In this document: positions 23,944 to 39,382 of the stretch, piece after piece
Layout: each line of letters starts with the position of its first letter
Numbering within the stretch: the first letter of the stretch is position 1
Origin: Tubiluchus corallicola
Lineage: Eukaryota > Animalia > Priapulida
Length of the DNA stretch: 64,000 bases
Assembly: GCA_030141605.1 (NCBI GenBank)
Contig: JAQGDQ010000112.1
Span: 62,001 to 126,000, forward strand
Reading direction: 5' to 3'
Program-made: the position numbers and the translations under genes
Notes under the pieces: generated by a model
Seen by the model: only the letters and a program-made list of their open reading frames with translations
Told to the model about the DNA's origin: nothing
Databases searched by the model: none

Positions 23944-26900
23944 TTAAGAAAAATTTTGCTAACGTCTCCATTGAAAAGAAACGTCATTTTGCTAACGTCT
24001 CCATTGAAAAGAAACGTCAGAAAACATCTTGTCAAATGAACACTATTTTTACTTCTATTTCTATTTTGCTATAATAATAGATTAAGTCAGTTTATTCTGT
24101 GAATTTCTCATCTTCGGCCGTAGCAACAAAAGCAACCTGTGGGGAGATCAACATGAAATGGTTTTAATTTTCTCGCCTTTTAAGCAACACAACCTCGCAA
24201 GAAAGTCTGCTCTTCTGTCTCTTTGCAATTTCACTGATGCGATATTTTAATAAGAAGAATTAACTGTAGCCCATAGTTGAAATTTCGTTTAAGCAATCGA
24301 ACGTATAAATTTAGTAAACAGGTTATTACTTGTGCATAACGTCCAGTGGAAATCTGTTTACGTTATTGATATTTATAGCGCAAAAAACTAATGGTCGAAT
24401 TGTAGCTCTGATTTAGTAGTTTAATCTACAAAATCAACAATAAAAATGAACTAAATAAGTATAGAACCTGGGCTGGAAATATTTTACTGCCATTTAAACT
24501 ACGTGATGTATGAAAATATCGTGAGAAAAATTAAAAGCTTTATACAACTATCTGCAAGCAATCAGAATTACCTGCAAAATGATATTGTTACAGGGGCGAA
24601 ATGCCATTTATTTTCGACCCACACCTCTAGGTTGTGGTGGTCTCGTCCATACGAAGCCATTGCATAGTGGCGTTGAATATCAAGGATAAAACAGTCGATA
24701 TAGAATGGCCTCGTCGGTTCGATGGGCGGACGGGCAGGTGCGTTTCTCACTTCAGCACCTGCTCCGTAATGACAACCAGCATGGAGCACAATGGATTACA
24801 TATCTGGAGAGTTACTTAATTCTATAATTTCACTTTTACTACTGCTTTTTTACGTTTTCTTCACAAGTACGCCGTGACATGCGTATGAGCATCATCCGCT
24901 CTACGTTACAATATTAATTTTTAAAACGAGAAAAAGGGCAATTTTGCAAAAAACTTTCTTGTTGGAAATGCAGAGACAACTCTAGTTAGTATAATATAAG
25001 ACATAAATAATTATTGCGTATGTAAGAACTTTTAGTTTGATAGAGATGACATATGCAACGTACAGTGGTATATGATGGAATATACGCTTATAGAAGAGCG
25101 CAGCAGCTTCTTAGACTTCAAACCCTTCTGAAAAACTGAACATCACAAATAGATTGCACATTAGAATTTCTCAATTGATTAACACCACGTTGGCCAATCT
25201 GGATCGCTAGATAACTTTCTAGCAATTAATTTGCATATTGAAAGAGATTAATTAATACTTTGAGGCTTAAGATTGCTCCCTGGTAAGTCTGTTCTGGTCT
25301 GCAGAGCTGAAAAGTTTGCCGATTAATGGAGCAAGAACAGAATCTTCTTGTATGCGGCACGTCTTGACTGATACTCGAACCCACGAGCTTCGGATTGTGA
25401 ATAACTGGCTATAATGGAATTACGAAATTTTTATTTATAGTCTGGTGGTTTCTCAGTTATAGATTCCCTGCACAAACTTAGTGCATCGTAACACTCTAAC
25501 ACTGATATAGGATACTTTACCAGAAACTGGACGTGGTAATGACGTCATAATGGCGACTACGTTGGGAAAGTCTAAAGTCGGGGGGTGTCCGTTACTATCT
25601 GCGCCGTAATGGCCCGTAATAAATGTGACAACAGCAACGTGATCAAATCCAAGAATCGATGTTTCATCTGGCACCTCAAAACAAAAACTCATTAGACTCT
25701 GAAACCAAAGCAATACGTTCACTTGATGTTGCAATATTGACACAGCTAGTGAAATTTCGAAACCAAATAAATAAACAAATAAAATAATAAATAGATAAAA
25801 TAATAAATAAATAAATAAAATAAAACGGTAGGTAACGGTAACGGAATTTTCATTAGTTTTCATACAGTTAGGACGACAAGTGCAAGCCGAACTGCAGCAT
25901 TCACAGCTAGGGGCTTACTTTACCTCCCCCCTAAGGGGAGCGAATGGTGAGTGGTGTCTGGACATCCTTCTTCTCTACTTTTTTAAGATAAAAAACTGAG
26001 CCAGCAGAGGCATTTTAGCCACATTTGGATATGAATGCATAACACAGCCTCCGTTTGCGAGACAAACAGTCACAATCAGCATCACGAGTGAACCCTAGCC
26101 AACCGTTACCCATCCATTCACTGACTAGACTCAGCTTTGCTTAACTTCAATTGCAAAGCTCCGCATAGTGGAATAAGTCATAGTAACGCGGCACCTTTGC
26201 AACCACTTACTATCATTTGTTGTCTGTAAGAGTTGTTCTTGTCTGCTGGAACTCGTGCAGCCAGAAGCCCATTAACAAAACATAGACATGTTAAACTGCA
26301 GAAGCCAGGGCCTACTTTTCTTATTACCCCATAACCCTCATACTCACTGGAACAAGTGTAAAATTAGCAAACTTCTCCACGCGGCAATTGGGCTGCATCA
26401 TTGCGGTCAAGTTTTAGATTTCACGCTGCGCTGCTGCTTGGCTTCACAGAGGACTGGAAGCCACAATGATGAAAGCACGTCGACTTAAACGCGCTGCAGA
26501 CGTAAAATCAAATCTGTAACTGTCGGTTAGTGGGCGGTATTTGTTTTGATGTGAAACAGTTTACAATATTGTAACGCCGGGGGCGTAATTACGCTTTTAA
26601 CGAATAGTTCTTAAGCCAGAGTGCCACTGGGACAGTTGCAGTTGCACACTTCCGCTTTTGTGAAATATTGTGCATTTGTACTTGATCTTGTTCGTTTCTA
26701 TTCGCTTTTGTGTTTTTTGTTTTTGTTTTCCTTGCATAAAACAGCGGATAAATTTTTATTAGCCCAGCATCATTAACGATTTTAAATTCTGCTTGTATGA
26801 CGCTGTTTTGTGTTGAGCTTATTTAAGAAATAATCAATTTGTTCGCGATAAAAAGTGCTGAAAAGAGCTTATGCGGTGTGAACAGTCGCAAAATCAAATG

Positions 26901-27185
26901 CATAAACATAAGTGCGAGCTAGCCATTATGTGAAGTGAGTATAATTATGAAGTCAGCTGCTCCACGTTTCAAGTTTCGTAAGTAAACTGTTTACTGAATG
27001 ATGTTACTAAAAGCCGTTTAATAATATTGTTATTGTTTATTACGTACATAATAAATCACACAGCCTAAAAACCTGCATGTATTTCAATTGAGACTAGACC
27101 ACAATTTTTCAGCACCTCCTTTCTTTCAATTCATTACCCACAACGGGTAACAATTGTTGTTAAACAAACCGCAAGGGTTTATAAG

Positions 27186-27545
27186 CAGGGCTGGACAACC
27201 CGATTGGCTAGTATAGGCTATAGCCCAGGGCGCCTCAAGCTTGGGGGCCCATGGTTTGGATTAGTGACTTGAAAAAAGGAGGCTAAGAAACCTGGAAATA
27301 AACTTTTAAAGTGGCTCCTCATTTGAGATAAAGGATCTTTGCTTGAGGGCTTTTATTTGAGATAAACGCCCCTCTTTGAAGCCCTTTATTTGAAATATGG
27401 GGCCCCAGCTATGCAAATCTTGCTAAAATATATCACAGGTAAAAATAAGTGAGACGACTGCGAGAAAATAAGAGGGTGGCTCCGTCTGAAGGGGTCCTAT
27501 AATTTTATTAGCCTAGTGGCCCCAAAAAGTCGTAATCCAACCGTG
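27186..27545. mobile_element. hAT-type MITE (CAGGGCTGGA end)
   Basis: 8-bp near-TSD tttataag/tatataag; inverted relative at about 48350-48688; internal ~22-bp repeats TTTATTTGAGATAAA. Confidence 0.7.
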
Positions 27546-28062
27546 TATATAAGCATGCTATGGTATTCACACTCATAATCTAATTAATGACATTTTATAT
27601 TATTGTTGTTTATTTCGAAAATAATAATAAATTAGCCTATAAATTGCAGCATTTATTTCAATGGCGAATTTCTAAATATTGGATAAAGTATTTTTATTTT
27701 TACTTCTGCTACATTCGTAAAATTATGTACATGATATGAATGTATGAGTGTACTGCATTATTGCTTGAATATTATTCATCTGTAATAACCAGTCATAACG
27801 CGTGTTTCATGAATCATCCCATTCAAGCCATAAATTTATTCCCTAAATAAATTATAGGATTATACAACTGACCTCTCGAATGTTAAAAGTTTCAACATTT
27901 TCCAACAAAATAGCTATATGGTTGTTGAACATCTACGTTTCAATGGAAACTAATGAACTGAGAGGTCTTTTATAAGAGAGAATCCGTAACAATCAACAAA
28001 ACATGAGGGAAAATTACAAGAAAGTTTTGTAATCACCAGAAATCATACTTACTCAAATTATA

Positions 28063-28296
28063 CGGGGTGTTTCAAAAGAAAAAGTGCAGTAGAAATTTGT
28101 TGATATACTAAAATATGCTGGTCAAATCATAAAGAAATGATATTAAGGATTTCTGCATTATGACATCATAATTGCTTAATGTGCGATTATTTGCACGATT
28201 CCTAATTTATTACCATATAACTAGGTTTTCGCAAATTCCAATATAAGCATATAAGCATAACTATTTCTCCTGCACTGATTCTTCTCAGCATCCTAA
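28063..28296. mobile_element. mariner-type MITE (same family as 10413)
   Basis: TA|CGGGGTGTTTCAAAAGAAAAAGTGCAGTAGAAAT ... ATTTCTCCTGCACTGATTCTT. Confidence 0.55.
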
Positions 28297-28359
28297 TTAC
28301 TCTACTTACATGAAATAAATATAACTGAAATGAATAATGAATAATTTTTTATTAAAGAG

Positions 28360-29065
28360 GAGTACAAATTCAAATAGTAACGACTATATTTTGATGCAGA
28401 AACTGAGTAGCATGATTCTCTCAACAAGGACTGGGCGTTGGTATGAGTTAGTATGATATGACTTTACACAAGTTGAGTAGGATGATAATCAGACTGAATA
28501 ACTAGGTTCTCAAACTGGGTAACGTGACTGATGCTGAAACATGATTATGAAAAAAAACGATTTGATGCCATGAATGAACGATACGCTTGAATGATTACTC
28601 AAACAAAACAACCGGATTCCTGAGTAACATGGTTGTAAGCAAAGCAGTTTAATACAAAATGAGTAACTTGATACTCATAATGAAAACTCAGGCAGATGCT
28701 CAAACACAGTAACTTGACGTGTGAATAACACGGATACCTAAACCAAGTAGCTTAATTCTTTAATTCTCAAAATGAGAAAAGACAAATATTCAGACAGGAA
28801 ATCTTGATTTATGACTTCATGGCCGCTAAATAAAGTAGCATAATTGTCAAAATGAATAGCTTCGTAGTCAAAATAATTGCTCAGTCAGAATAACTTGCTT
28901 CATGCGTATATTTTACGAAATTAGGTAACTCTGTTTTCAAAATGAGTAACTTGTAATTCAAGCTGAGCAATTTCACTATTAAAATGTATATAGTGTCGAG
29001 AGCTTGAATTTATTTCAAGATGAGTACACAGATTAATTGTTTTGAGTAACTCATATTTCAGTTTA
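28360..29065. repeat. degenerate ~21-22-bp tandem repeat (AAATGAGTAACTTGATACTCA-like)
   Basis: recurrent GAGTAA/TACTCA cores; a related tract lies at 56470-56960. Confidence 0.5.
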
Positions 29066-30688
29066 TACACATTATGCGGTTGAAAATTATTGCCGTCCAT
29101 CTACCCAAGGTTTGGCTGTAGACGAGTTACCACTACCATACTCTAAAGGGTCAATGCGAGTTTCTTCCATCAAAATTTCATAATAGTTGCAGGTTTATTA
29201 AGCTTTATAAAATACTTTTGCTAAAAAGACAGATTTTAATATTTATCTATCTATGCATTCATGCTTTCGTTCGCTTCTTTTTCATTCTTTCGTTCGTTCG
29301 TTCATTTATTCTTTCATTCAGTCATTTCTCGATTATTCATTCATACACCCGTCCGTCCGTCCGTCCGTTCGTTTATTTATTTCTTTTTAATTGCACACGA
29401 AAGTGCAATTACTAATTAGATACGTAACATTTGTGAAACTGCTTGTTTTCTGGGCAGTTATTAGCAATTTAATACAACTTACACAATGTCCTTGCACCAC
29501 TATGAAGCCTGTGAATCAGAAATGTTTTTCAATTTATTGCCTTTTAATCTGACTGTTCTATGCAGCGAAGCCATTTTATCAAATTAGCTGTTTGCTTTGC
29601 ATAAATACAGCTCTTATTGATCAAGAGCCTGAGTTTGAGTCGCAGTTTTAATTAAGCCACTTTCGCTTGCCGTTTGAAGTTCTTTTTTTTCTTCCCACCG
29701 ATTAGCTAAAATCGAATTACGTCTCCTTGTGTTCAGAGAGCCTTAATAGTGTCTGGAATTAGAGATTCACCAACTTCTCTCATCCATGTTGTAAAGCAAT
29801 TCGATTGTAAAGGCAGAATGAATTAAAGTTGCTGACGTTTCTTTTTGTTGAATGTAATAGGTCATCTTACGCTGTGGTTCAGACTGGCCAAAGTTTTTTT
29901 TACAGTAATTTAAATAATTTTTTATTGCAGCAGGTATGTTAACTTAAAACATGCACATCATATTAGTCTAAAATAGTTTGACGAGTATGCATACATTAAA
30001 AGAAAATGTTTAAGTCTAATTGGCAAGAATAACAGGCCTTGAATTAATTAGCTGCTTGCCCACTGGTATAGGGAATGGTATTTGCTGTACATGTCATTAG
30101 GTACCTGCCAACGTTTGAGTTACAAAGCTTACATATGCAGGTTTGTTTTAGTTCAAAGCACAGAGCAGTTTTTATGGCGGAGTACATGAGCGGCATGCCA
30201 TGTCTCGGCATGTCGGTTCTACTTCTTGGGTTCATTCCATTTATTTTGAGTCACTACCGGTGTATTATGGAATGCCAGCTTTATTGATATAATTTTTTGT
30301 AAATAATATACAAGCTAGCTTTATTAACAGTACTGTATGACGTAATTAAAAATTAGTAGACTGATTGGGTGTGAAATTCCCACTCATGATTTATCCATTG
30401 GACTGGTTCAATCAGTTTTTACATGATGTATTGCTGACTGTAATGAATCTTTCTAATTGATGCACAATATATCAATGGATAATGCTTTTGGCATATCACG
30501 TTCACAGTCAATTTTTGACGTATTACGTGATTAAAGTGAAGAAAAATTTACGTTGACGTTAGCAGCTTATTATACAGTTTCTTAACGCCTTTTTAAACAC
30601 AGACGTTTTATCTGCAAGATGGTATTGCAGGTAGCACATCATTTTACTCCTTATTGTTCCTTTTGGTGCAATAATTATTTATTATTGC

Positions 30689-30824
<136 letters not shown>

Positions 30825-33463
30825 CCCCTTTCCTAATTGTAACCAATTTTACAATTATGACTTTTCTAATGATGTCACGAATACTCATTATGTCGCGATT
30901 TTAAATGACGAAAGGTTCTTTGCCAGGTTACGTCTTCTCGTAATACAAATCTGAATGTAGTACGCTATACTAATAAATTTCACGCTACATTGTTACATTA
31001 CATCATACATTAGGGAGCCAGGCTTACATTAACACATGTAAACACAAACAAGTTTTGTCGTTATTAGACTTCAGGGCTGTAAGACATCCCTTTGTGGTAG
31101 ATATATATTTTTATAATCTGTTTCCTCTGCTATTTTATATTTGGGCTAGTCGCTTACATAGTAACTCAATAGAAAAGTCTATTTCACAATGATGTATGTC
31201 TTGTTCATGTAATGAATTTTTAGCCAGCTTTCATATTGTAACGTCACAATAAAGTTACTTCACATTCTAAATTTTTGCGAAAAAGTGGATCCATGGCAAA
31301 GGTGACAACTAAAGGAAGTGCATCGTACGAAACATCAAACGAGTGCATGCAATGTAAGTAATGTACGCATGTGCATGTGTACATGAAACGCAATGCTTCG
31401 CATTCCGGACCATTTATTTATTTAGTTATCCAAATGTAGAATAAAATTATTTGCATGAAACAATAAAAGATGCACGATATGCACAAAGATGCACAAACAA
31501 GGCAACTTGAATGAATATGGGTGAAACATTTTTAAAAAGTACAATTACTGTCGACTTATATCTGAGCGAAAGCAAACTTTAAATAACTTAGTCATCAATG
31601 ACTATCTGTTTGAAAAGTAGTAAAAAAAATGGTAGAGTAGCGAGTGGCTTCTAACTCAAGAAAGGCAGTGCATTATTATAAAGATTTGCGCTGCTGCGCC
31701 TGGTTTCTCTTCAAAGTTACAGAAGAAATAATTACTGGAATGCGCAACTCGCTCAAAGCTCGTGTAAAAAGTTCAGCACGAACTTCTGAACTTGTTTTAG
31801 CTTAAGGAAAAACAAAATGATACTTTGTTTTCTGTTTCAACTTGTTAAAAATAGACCTGCAATTCGCGCCAGGGTAGGCAACAATTGCGCATGTGCGCAT
31901 GCGCGATCAATGGTCGTGTGCGCATGCGCGTTTTATGGTCGGCTTGCCTTTGCTAAACATTAATATGCTTTTATTGACGGTAATGGATCTTATTAGAAGT
32001 GCAGCGATTTGGTAACAATTAATGCTGGTTGCATGCAAGACTAATTACATTAATGGAAGACAGGCTCCTTGCTTTGTCCTAAATTTTTCGGTTGGCCTAT
32101 ATTATATACTAGGATAGTGATGATGACTTTAAATAAAGTTCTTTCATTCAGAACAAAACAAAATTGATCATCTTTATTGATCAATGTACGTTTTAAAGGA
32201 AAACATACACCACTCTTGGAGCCAAAGAGTTTGGCTTGCATTCATCTGTTACATTAAATGACGGTATCAGGGCCGGACGAAGGCGTGTTGGTGCCGTAAG
32301 CGCACCCAGCAACTGATGCCCCGGCTCCATCTGCTGTGCAATTTTGATTGGTCAGCGATCTTCGAGAAATAACGTGAACAGGCAGACAGACAGACAAACA
32401 GACGGACAGACAGACATAGGTAGGTAAGTAGGTTGGTAAATAGGTTGGTAAGTAAGCAGGTTAGTAAATACGTAGGTGGTTAGTTGTACAGGTAGACAGA
32501 TAGACAGGCGGGCGGGTAGGTAGGTAGGTAGGTAAGTAAATGGTTAGGTAGATAGCTAGTTAGGCAAAGTTCTTAAACTCGTCAATGAAGGTCATTGAAC
32601 TGCTAACAAATTTTTACCGTTCTATGACATTAATTTTAAGTTTTAAAAGTAAAATAAAAGCGGAAAAAATAGTGATTGTTGTTTCTCTGTCATGTGAGTC
32701 ATGTGAATGTCTAGTGCCATTTGTAATCTTAGTTTGTGAGTCTTGATAACCATGTATATGTGAAAGTTCAGTTTTCTAGACTCGGAAGACTCGGATATTT
32801 ACAACAAAAACCATCATAGCCAAAATTTAATCGTTGTAAAAGCATTGCCCGTGTAAAAAAGCCTCTTTTTACACATAAATTTAATCATTTTTGAGATATC
32901 GCGCACTAAGATATTGTTTCTTAACAACTAAATTTCTTTACTATTACTAGGTTAGTTCGTTTCTGTTTTTTGCAGTCTAACACAAAATGGCGTTCTGGGA
33001 CCACTGAGACCCTCAAGGTTTACCATTTTTCTACTTTACGCACTGCCATCTATCAGTTAATTCTATCCCTGTTCAATTATCGCTTGTATTTGTAGATTCT
33101 CTTATTTCCCATCCCCTGCGTAGAGCTTTTACTCACCTATTATCTCTGCCGAAGCCATTATTAAGCTTAGCTGCAAGTTCATTGTTGTGGTAAAATTGGA
33201 TTTCTGTTTTGAAACTTAGCGCTGGAGCATTTATTGCTCTATAATATCCCAAATGATTGTTTTTTCTCAAATGATTGATTTCCTTCAGCGGCTTCACGCT
33301 TTATGAATTTTCGCCGTGGGTTGAAGGTTGTGTCACAAACTGTGCAACTTTGAATGCCTATTGGGTTAACATGTCACAACATGTTGTTGTTGCAGTCACT
33401 GTCATTGTCACTGCTGTTGTTGATGTTGTTGTGGATGAAGTAAAATAAAATTGAAATTGATGT

Positions 33464-33835
<372 letters not shown>

Positions 33836-34620
33836 TTTATTAAAAGTACTGGGTGTCGTAACATTCAAACATAAATAGCCTGTACTTTATTTTTTGTTGA
33901 AACTGCTAACTCATGCATTGCCCTATAGTGTGTATGCATACCCTGTCTGTGGATAAAAGACAAAACAAAGAGCAAAAAGGTAAATGAAGAAAAGGAAGCA
34001 ATGCATGTAAAGTACCCGGATGTGCATGATGCGTCATCTTTCACATTAATGTAGGTCCTGCGTCTTCTGACTTTATGGGCAGGCTGTCCATCATGCAATT
34101 CTACATTATTTACTCTGCCTATAACATAATATTACACTGATTAAATTTCTTCCAAATACCTGAAAATGTCCATACGACAATATTACATGTTTTATACATA
34201 AGCTTGTAAAGTAACTGGGAATTGGAAATGATTTTTCAGATGCGAGCCAGCAAATCATCAAAGGTAAACGTGAAAATATGAAAACGGCTAGGTAAACGTA
34301 GCAAAAGATGTGATGCCGGATAAATTGCTCCGGCGTTTATAACTCTGTAAACGACTGTACATCATTTGATGAGCAAACATTCCAAGAAGAAATACAAATT
34401 GCTAAATACCTCGCAAACGTCAAGCGAACGTTAAAAGCTTGCAAGTATTTCTGCAGGTATTATAATGTCTACAAAGGGCAGTATGGGGATTGAATTATTA
34501 GCAAATAATTTCTATCACTTTCATAATTGTACAGATAATTCGAGAAAGTTGAAAAGTTAATAACCAGTAAAACATAATACAATGGTAGATGTCAAGACAG
34601 AGCTGATAGTATTAGTAATA

Positions 34621-34810
<190 letters not shown>

Positions 34811-35129
34811 ACCAAACAAACGTACTGACAATAGCAATATGACTTAAGCAAAGGAAGTTAATCAAGTAGCTAAAAAGGTCAGAGGTCTTTATTAGCATGG
34901 TGTATGTAAATGGAACTAATGGAAGCTTTTCGCTTGCTTATTAGCCAGGTTTCAGTTGGCACCATTCAGTCAAAGAATGCGATAACTGAGTTTTTCTAAC
35001 GATTCGACTAGATCTGTCATGACAAAATATGGTAATTAGATTATTGAAAATATGCAGTTTTACCTGATTTGTATGATACAGCAAAAATGGTGTGTGAAGA
35101 CGAGATGCTGGCGGCGGTGGTGGTGATAA

Positions 35130-35535
35130 CGAAAATGAAAATGATGATGATGCTGACAAATGATGATGATGGTGACGATGACGATGATGTTGGTGCTAAA
35201 GACACTATCATTATGACAATGATGTAGTGGCGACGGATGATGATGATCCTAGCGATGGCAATGATGACAATGATGACGATAACAACGACGATGAAGACGA
35301 TTACGATAACGATGGTGATGATGCTGACAATGATGGCGATGATAATGATGATGACGATGTCATAATAAAGATAATATGACGATGGAATGATGCAGTGATG
35401 ACGACGATGATGATGATGACGACGACGACGACGATGATGATGACAACGACAATGACGACGACGACGACGACGACTTTGACGATTCTGGCAACGACGACAA
35501 TGTGAGATGACGGTGATCACAGTGGTGATAGCGAC
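35130..35535. repeat. degenerate (GAT/GAC)n trinucleotide tract
   Basis: direct reading. Confidence 0.85.
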
Positions 35536-37229
35536 AGCCATTACGAACAAATAAACATAAAATCGTGTTCACAAACTTTCTTACAAATAATATTGGAAGA
35601 ATTTAAAGGCGTCTAGGTTCTAAGTGGCCACAAATTCAGACCATGTGAAGAGAAACAGAAAGCTATAATAGGCTAAAGCAGAACCCGATACTAACCTTCT
35701 TATCTCGATATTTAAGCCTAGCGCCTCGATTTGCGAACTGATGCGAGGCAGTTAATCAAGCTAAACGTGTGAATCAGTCAAACAGCTTGATGACAGAAGC
35801 AACATAATTAGTTTAACAGAAACTCTGATGGAGTGAACTATGGTATTAAAAAGAATGATAGGGTAAGGGGAGGGGGTGATGACTGGAATTCGACGGAAGT
35901 CAAAGTGGCTCAAGTAAAAGGTACTGAAAAAATGTTATCCCGCTTGGATATGACTTTTTAAATTTTTTTCTCTCTATTGCTTTTATTAGCAAGCATTTAT
36001 TAACACTGCACTTAGTACATTTGATACTTGCATTAGGCAATATCTTACATGTATTGTAAATCCACTATAAGCAATTAAAGTTTAAATTAAATTAAAATGA
36101 TGGTTTATATTTCAGTTATACAAAATGGCGAATAACAGCGAATGTATTACAGTATTCTTTGGTTGATCTGTTTCAGACTGATTCTTTACAGCTAATCACT
36201 TGTAATCTTAAATAATTATAATTATATGACAAAAACAACTTAGATTCATGATTTGATGATAGATTTGATTAGTTCCAAGAAGAAATGCAAATTGCTAAAT
36301 ACCCCGGAAACGTTAAGTTAGCGTTAAAAACATGCAACTATTTCTGCAGGTATTATAACATTTATAAAGCGCATTATAGGGGTTGAATCATTAACAAGTA
36401 ATGTTTAGAAAGCAGAAATCTTCGCTTCGTCTTCAACAATGTAAGCGAAAATTCGTGATTGGAGTAAAAGCCTCCCGACTCATCGACCAGAGTTTAATTT
36501 AACAACTTAGTAGAAAATGAGTTTAAAGTTGCATTAACGCATGAGAGTGAAAGTTTTAATCGAATGTAGAAAATAACTTGATCAAGAAGAATTTCATTAG
36601 TTAATCAAGCAGCTATGGCGATCACATTTTTCCATCAGCCAATAATACATTTATGCCTCTAAAATGCTTCCTAATTCAATTGTTTTTCTGTAAACCTGTA
36701 ATGGCGTCCGTTTTGAATGACAGTTACCTTAAATAACCTTAAAACAGCATTAGCCGATAATACCTTTATGCAGTCTAATGCTTCCTAGTTGGATTATTTT
36801 GATTTTAAAGCGTCATCGGTGCCATTTTGAATGAACCTGACATTAAAACATGATTTTACTAATATGCACTTTTATATCAGCTGGTAATACATTTATGTTC
36901 CAAAGCTTTTTGTCCTAAAGTCGATTCCAGGGAATTTTTAATACATTATTCTGTTCGACTTCTGGGTGTCTGAACAAAAATTCAGCTTCTCACTAAATTT
37001 GTCCGAGCCATGCGTTTTTTGGGCTAATTTGTAAGCTTAAGACCTTTTTTCTTAAAAACAATACAACCGAATCTTGGTAAGCATTGTACGATCCATTGTT
37101 TTAGGTGGGAAATCACATTGTTTTTGTACCCATCATTCCATACAAAATATTTGAGTTTACAGAATAATTAATTCCCTAGTCCTTATAGACAAATACTGTG
37201 ATTTTTAAATACCTTCATTTTCAAGTACA

Positions 37230-38770
37230 CAAAGTGAAAAAATGGTATTTTGCACCGTGAAGGCTGCCCTGGACGTGAAATTGCTGCAAAACTGAGATGT
37301 AGCAAAACAGTATTGCATATTGCTATTGTCAATTTCCAAAATTACACAACTTTTGGTGATGGGAAAAGAAGTGAACGACTAAATAAAACCGCAGCAAGAG
37401 ACGATCACTTGATGAACCGCATAGCTGGTCGCTTTTCAACAAGGTCTTGCAAGCAAACACGATCAGCTTCGCTTATAATAGGTACAAAAGTGAACATTGT
37501 GACAGTTTCACAATGCCTGAGCAAAGAATTCAACCTTATCTTACTACATTGATGAAACGTTTTTGCCTTTTATTTTCTTGCCTTTTGTCTTTTGCCTTTT
37601 GCCGTTTTTTGTCTTTTGCTAAACACCTGGATAGCCAAAAATTGGGAAACAGTTATGTTTTTGGATGGATCAACTCTGCAACAATTTGTAGTACGCAAGC
37701 TACATGTAAGAAGCCAACCTGGCAAGAGATTTGTTGAGAGATATATCATAGACAATATGAGGCATACACCAAGCCAAATGATTTGATGTGCCACGTCTAA
37801 AGCAAGAACTGCTAGTCCATATTTCTGACCTCCAGGAACAATTATGAATGTTGCACAATTAAGCCATAGGAATCTTTTTGCTAGAAAACCTGGATGCACT
37901 TTCACGAATGTATAATTTTCATGCGTGATGACGCCCATGCAGGGATGTTAAACGATTTTGGCGATAAATTCGGAGATACGATATTTTTTTCCAACAATAA
38001 AAAATCGATATTCGATAAAAATCCTGTGAACATGTGATTAGTTATTGCGCAAGGCGTTTCAATATTAGTGCAGGCTGTTTCCAAAAAAATGTGTAGATAT
38101 ATGTGAGCTGTGGCAGATAAATAATTATTATTAACAGCATTTTATTACAGTTAGAAGGTACAAGAAGATTATTCAAACAACTTTATAAATAACCTTTTTT
38201 AATTTTTTTTCATAATTTTGGTGCATAAATGAAAGAGCATACTGAAATGATTTTATAAAGACATTGATATGCAGCGCTACACACCATATTCGAGATGATA
38301 ACGATATTTCTAGAGTAATATCGATACGATAGCGATAAAAGCAGGTATCCTCAGAACATGGATTCAAAAAAAGTACAGTTCTGAGTAAGTTCCAACTCCG
38401 TGTGACGTCATATAATCAATGATCATTTTTCTGACAAGGCCTGGAGTCATCATATTGTATTGTTATGACAATCGATAATATCGTTAATTTTAACGTGCCT
38501 AGCCCCATGTAGCCCCTTTGGTCAATTGCAGAGCACAATTTTTTTAACCAAAGAAAAAGATCACAACACACAAATCTTAGCATTTTAACCCCATTAAAGG
38601 ACAAGGTTGCAGAAGAACAGCCACCAAATGCAGAAGCCATTAGAAGAGGCCATTAAAGCTGTTTGGGTGAAAGATATCTCCACAGACCATTATCGCAACT
38701 TGATCAGCAGCATGACGAGATTTATACAAGCGTTATACAAGAGTTATCAAGAGTAAACGAGGTTACATAG
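37230..38770 (+). mobile_element. decayed Tc1-family transposase interrupted by a hAT MITE
   Basis: HTH REIAAKLRCSKT..KRSERLNKTAARDDHLM; WETVMFLDGST (W..V.FSDES); FMRDDA(PC); C-terminus KDKVAEEQPPNA..LEEAIKAVWVKDISTDHYRNLISSM. Confidence 0.85.
37940..38501. mobile_element. hAT-type MITE inserted in the Tc1 DGAPC codons
   Basis: ends CAGGGATGTTAAA ... TTTAACGTGCCTA; near-TSD cgcccatg/gccccatg; many ATCGAT/CGATA subterminal motifs. Confidence 0.7.
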
Positions 38771-39382
38771 AATCGTGAAATTTTGCGACATTTAAACATT
38801 TCGCATGAAAACCCAGTGCAGATGTGTAACTAAGAGATTTGTGTGTAGGTAAGCTGTCTGACATTTCAACCAAAAATGTAGCTTTTTCTTGAATTGCAAG
38901 ATGGTGTTCAACTTATGTTAATAATTTTTTCTTTTGCTGTAACACCACTGTCCTCAAAATGCTTGCGAGTCGCAAGTTGCAATATTACACAAAGTTTTGG
39001 CATAAATGGCTTCTTTCCGATCTGCCAGTGACTCTGCTGAAATTGTTGGCATCTTGTTGTCAGCGATGAAAGAACAGCAATTAGGTTCGATGATCCGGAA
39101 GAATTTAGGCGAACAGTAGTATCTACAGGCACTCAAGAAGGAATTTGTGCTTAGTAAACTGCGTGTGTTCACCAGTGTTTGGACTACAAATGATTTTCTA
39201 AACGGTGTTGCTACAAAAAAGGAAAAAACCTCTTTATTCAGGGACAGCCAAGAATAGTTCTTTTTAGTAAAGTATCGGGATAAATTGGTGTGATTCATTA
39301 ATCGTACCTCCTATTCAGTCACGTGATTCATAGATTTTAGCAACAAAAGTGTCATCTACATAACGCCATGTAAATGACACTT

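Noticed and set aside
30075-30287. 70-aa ORF as a coding exon
   Set aside because: No recognisable domain and no phase-compatible neighbouring exons
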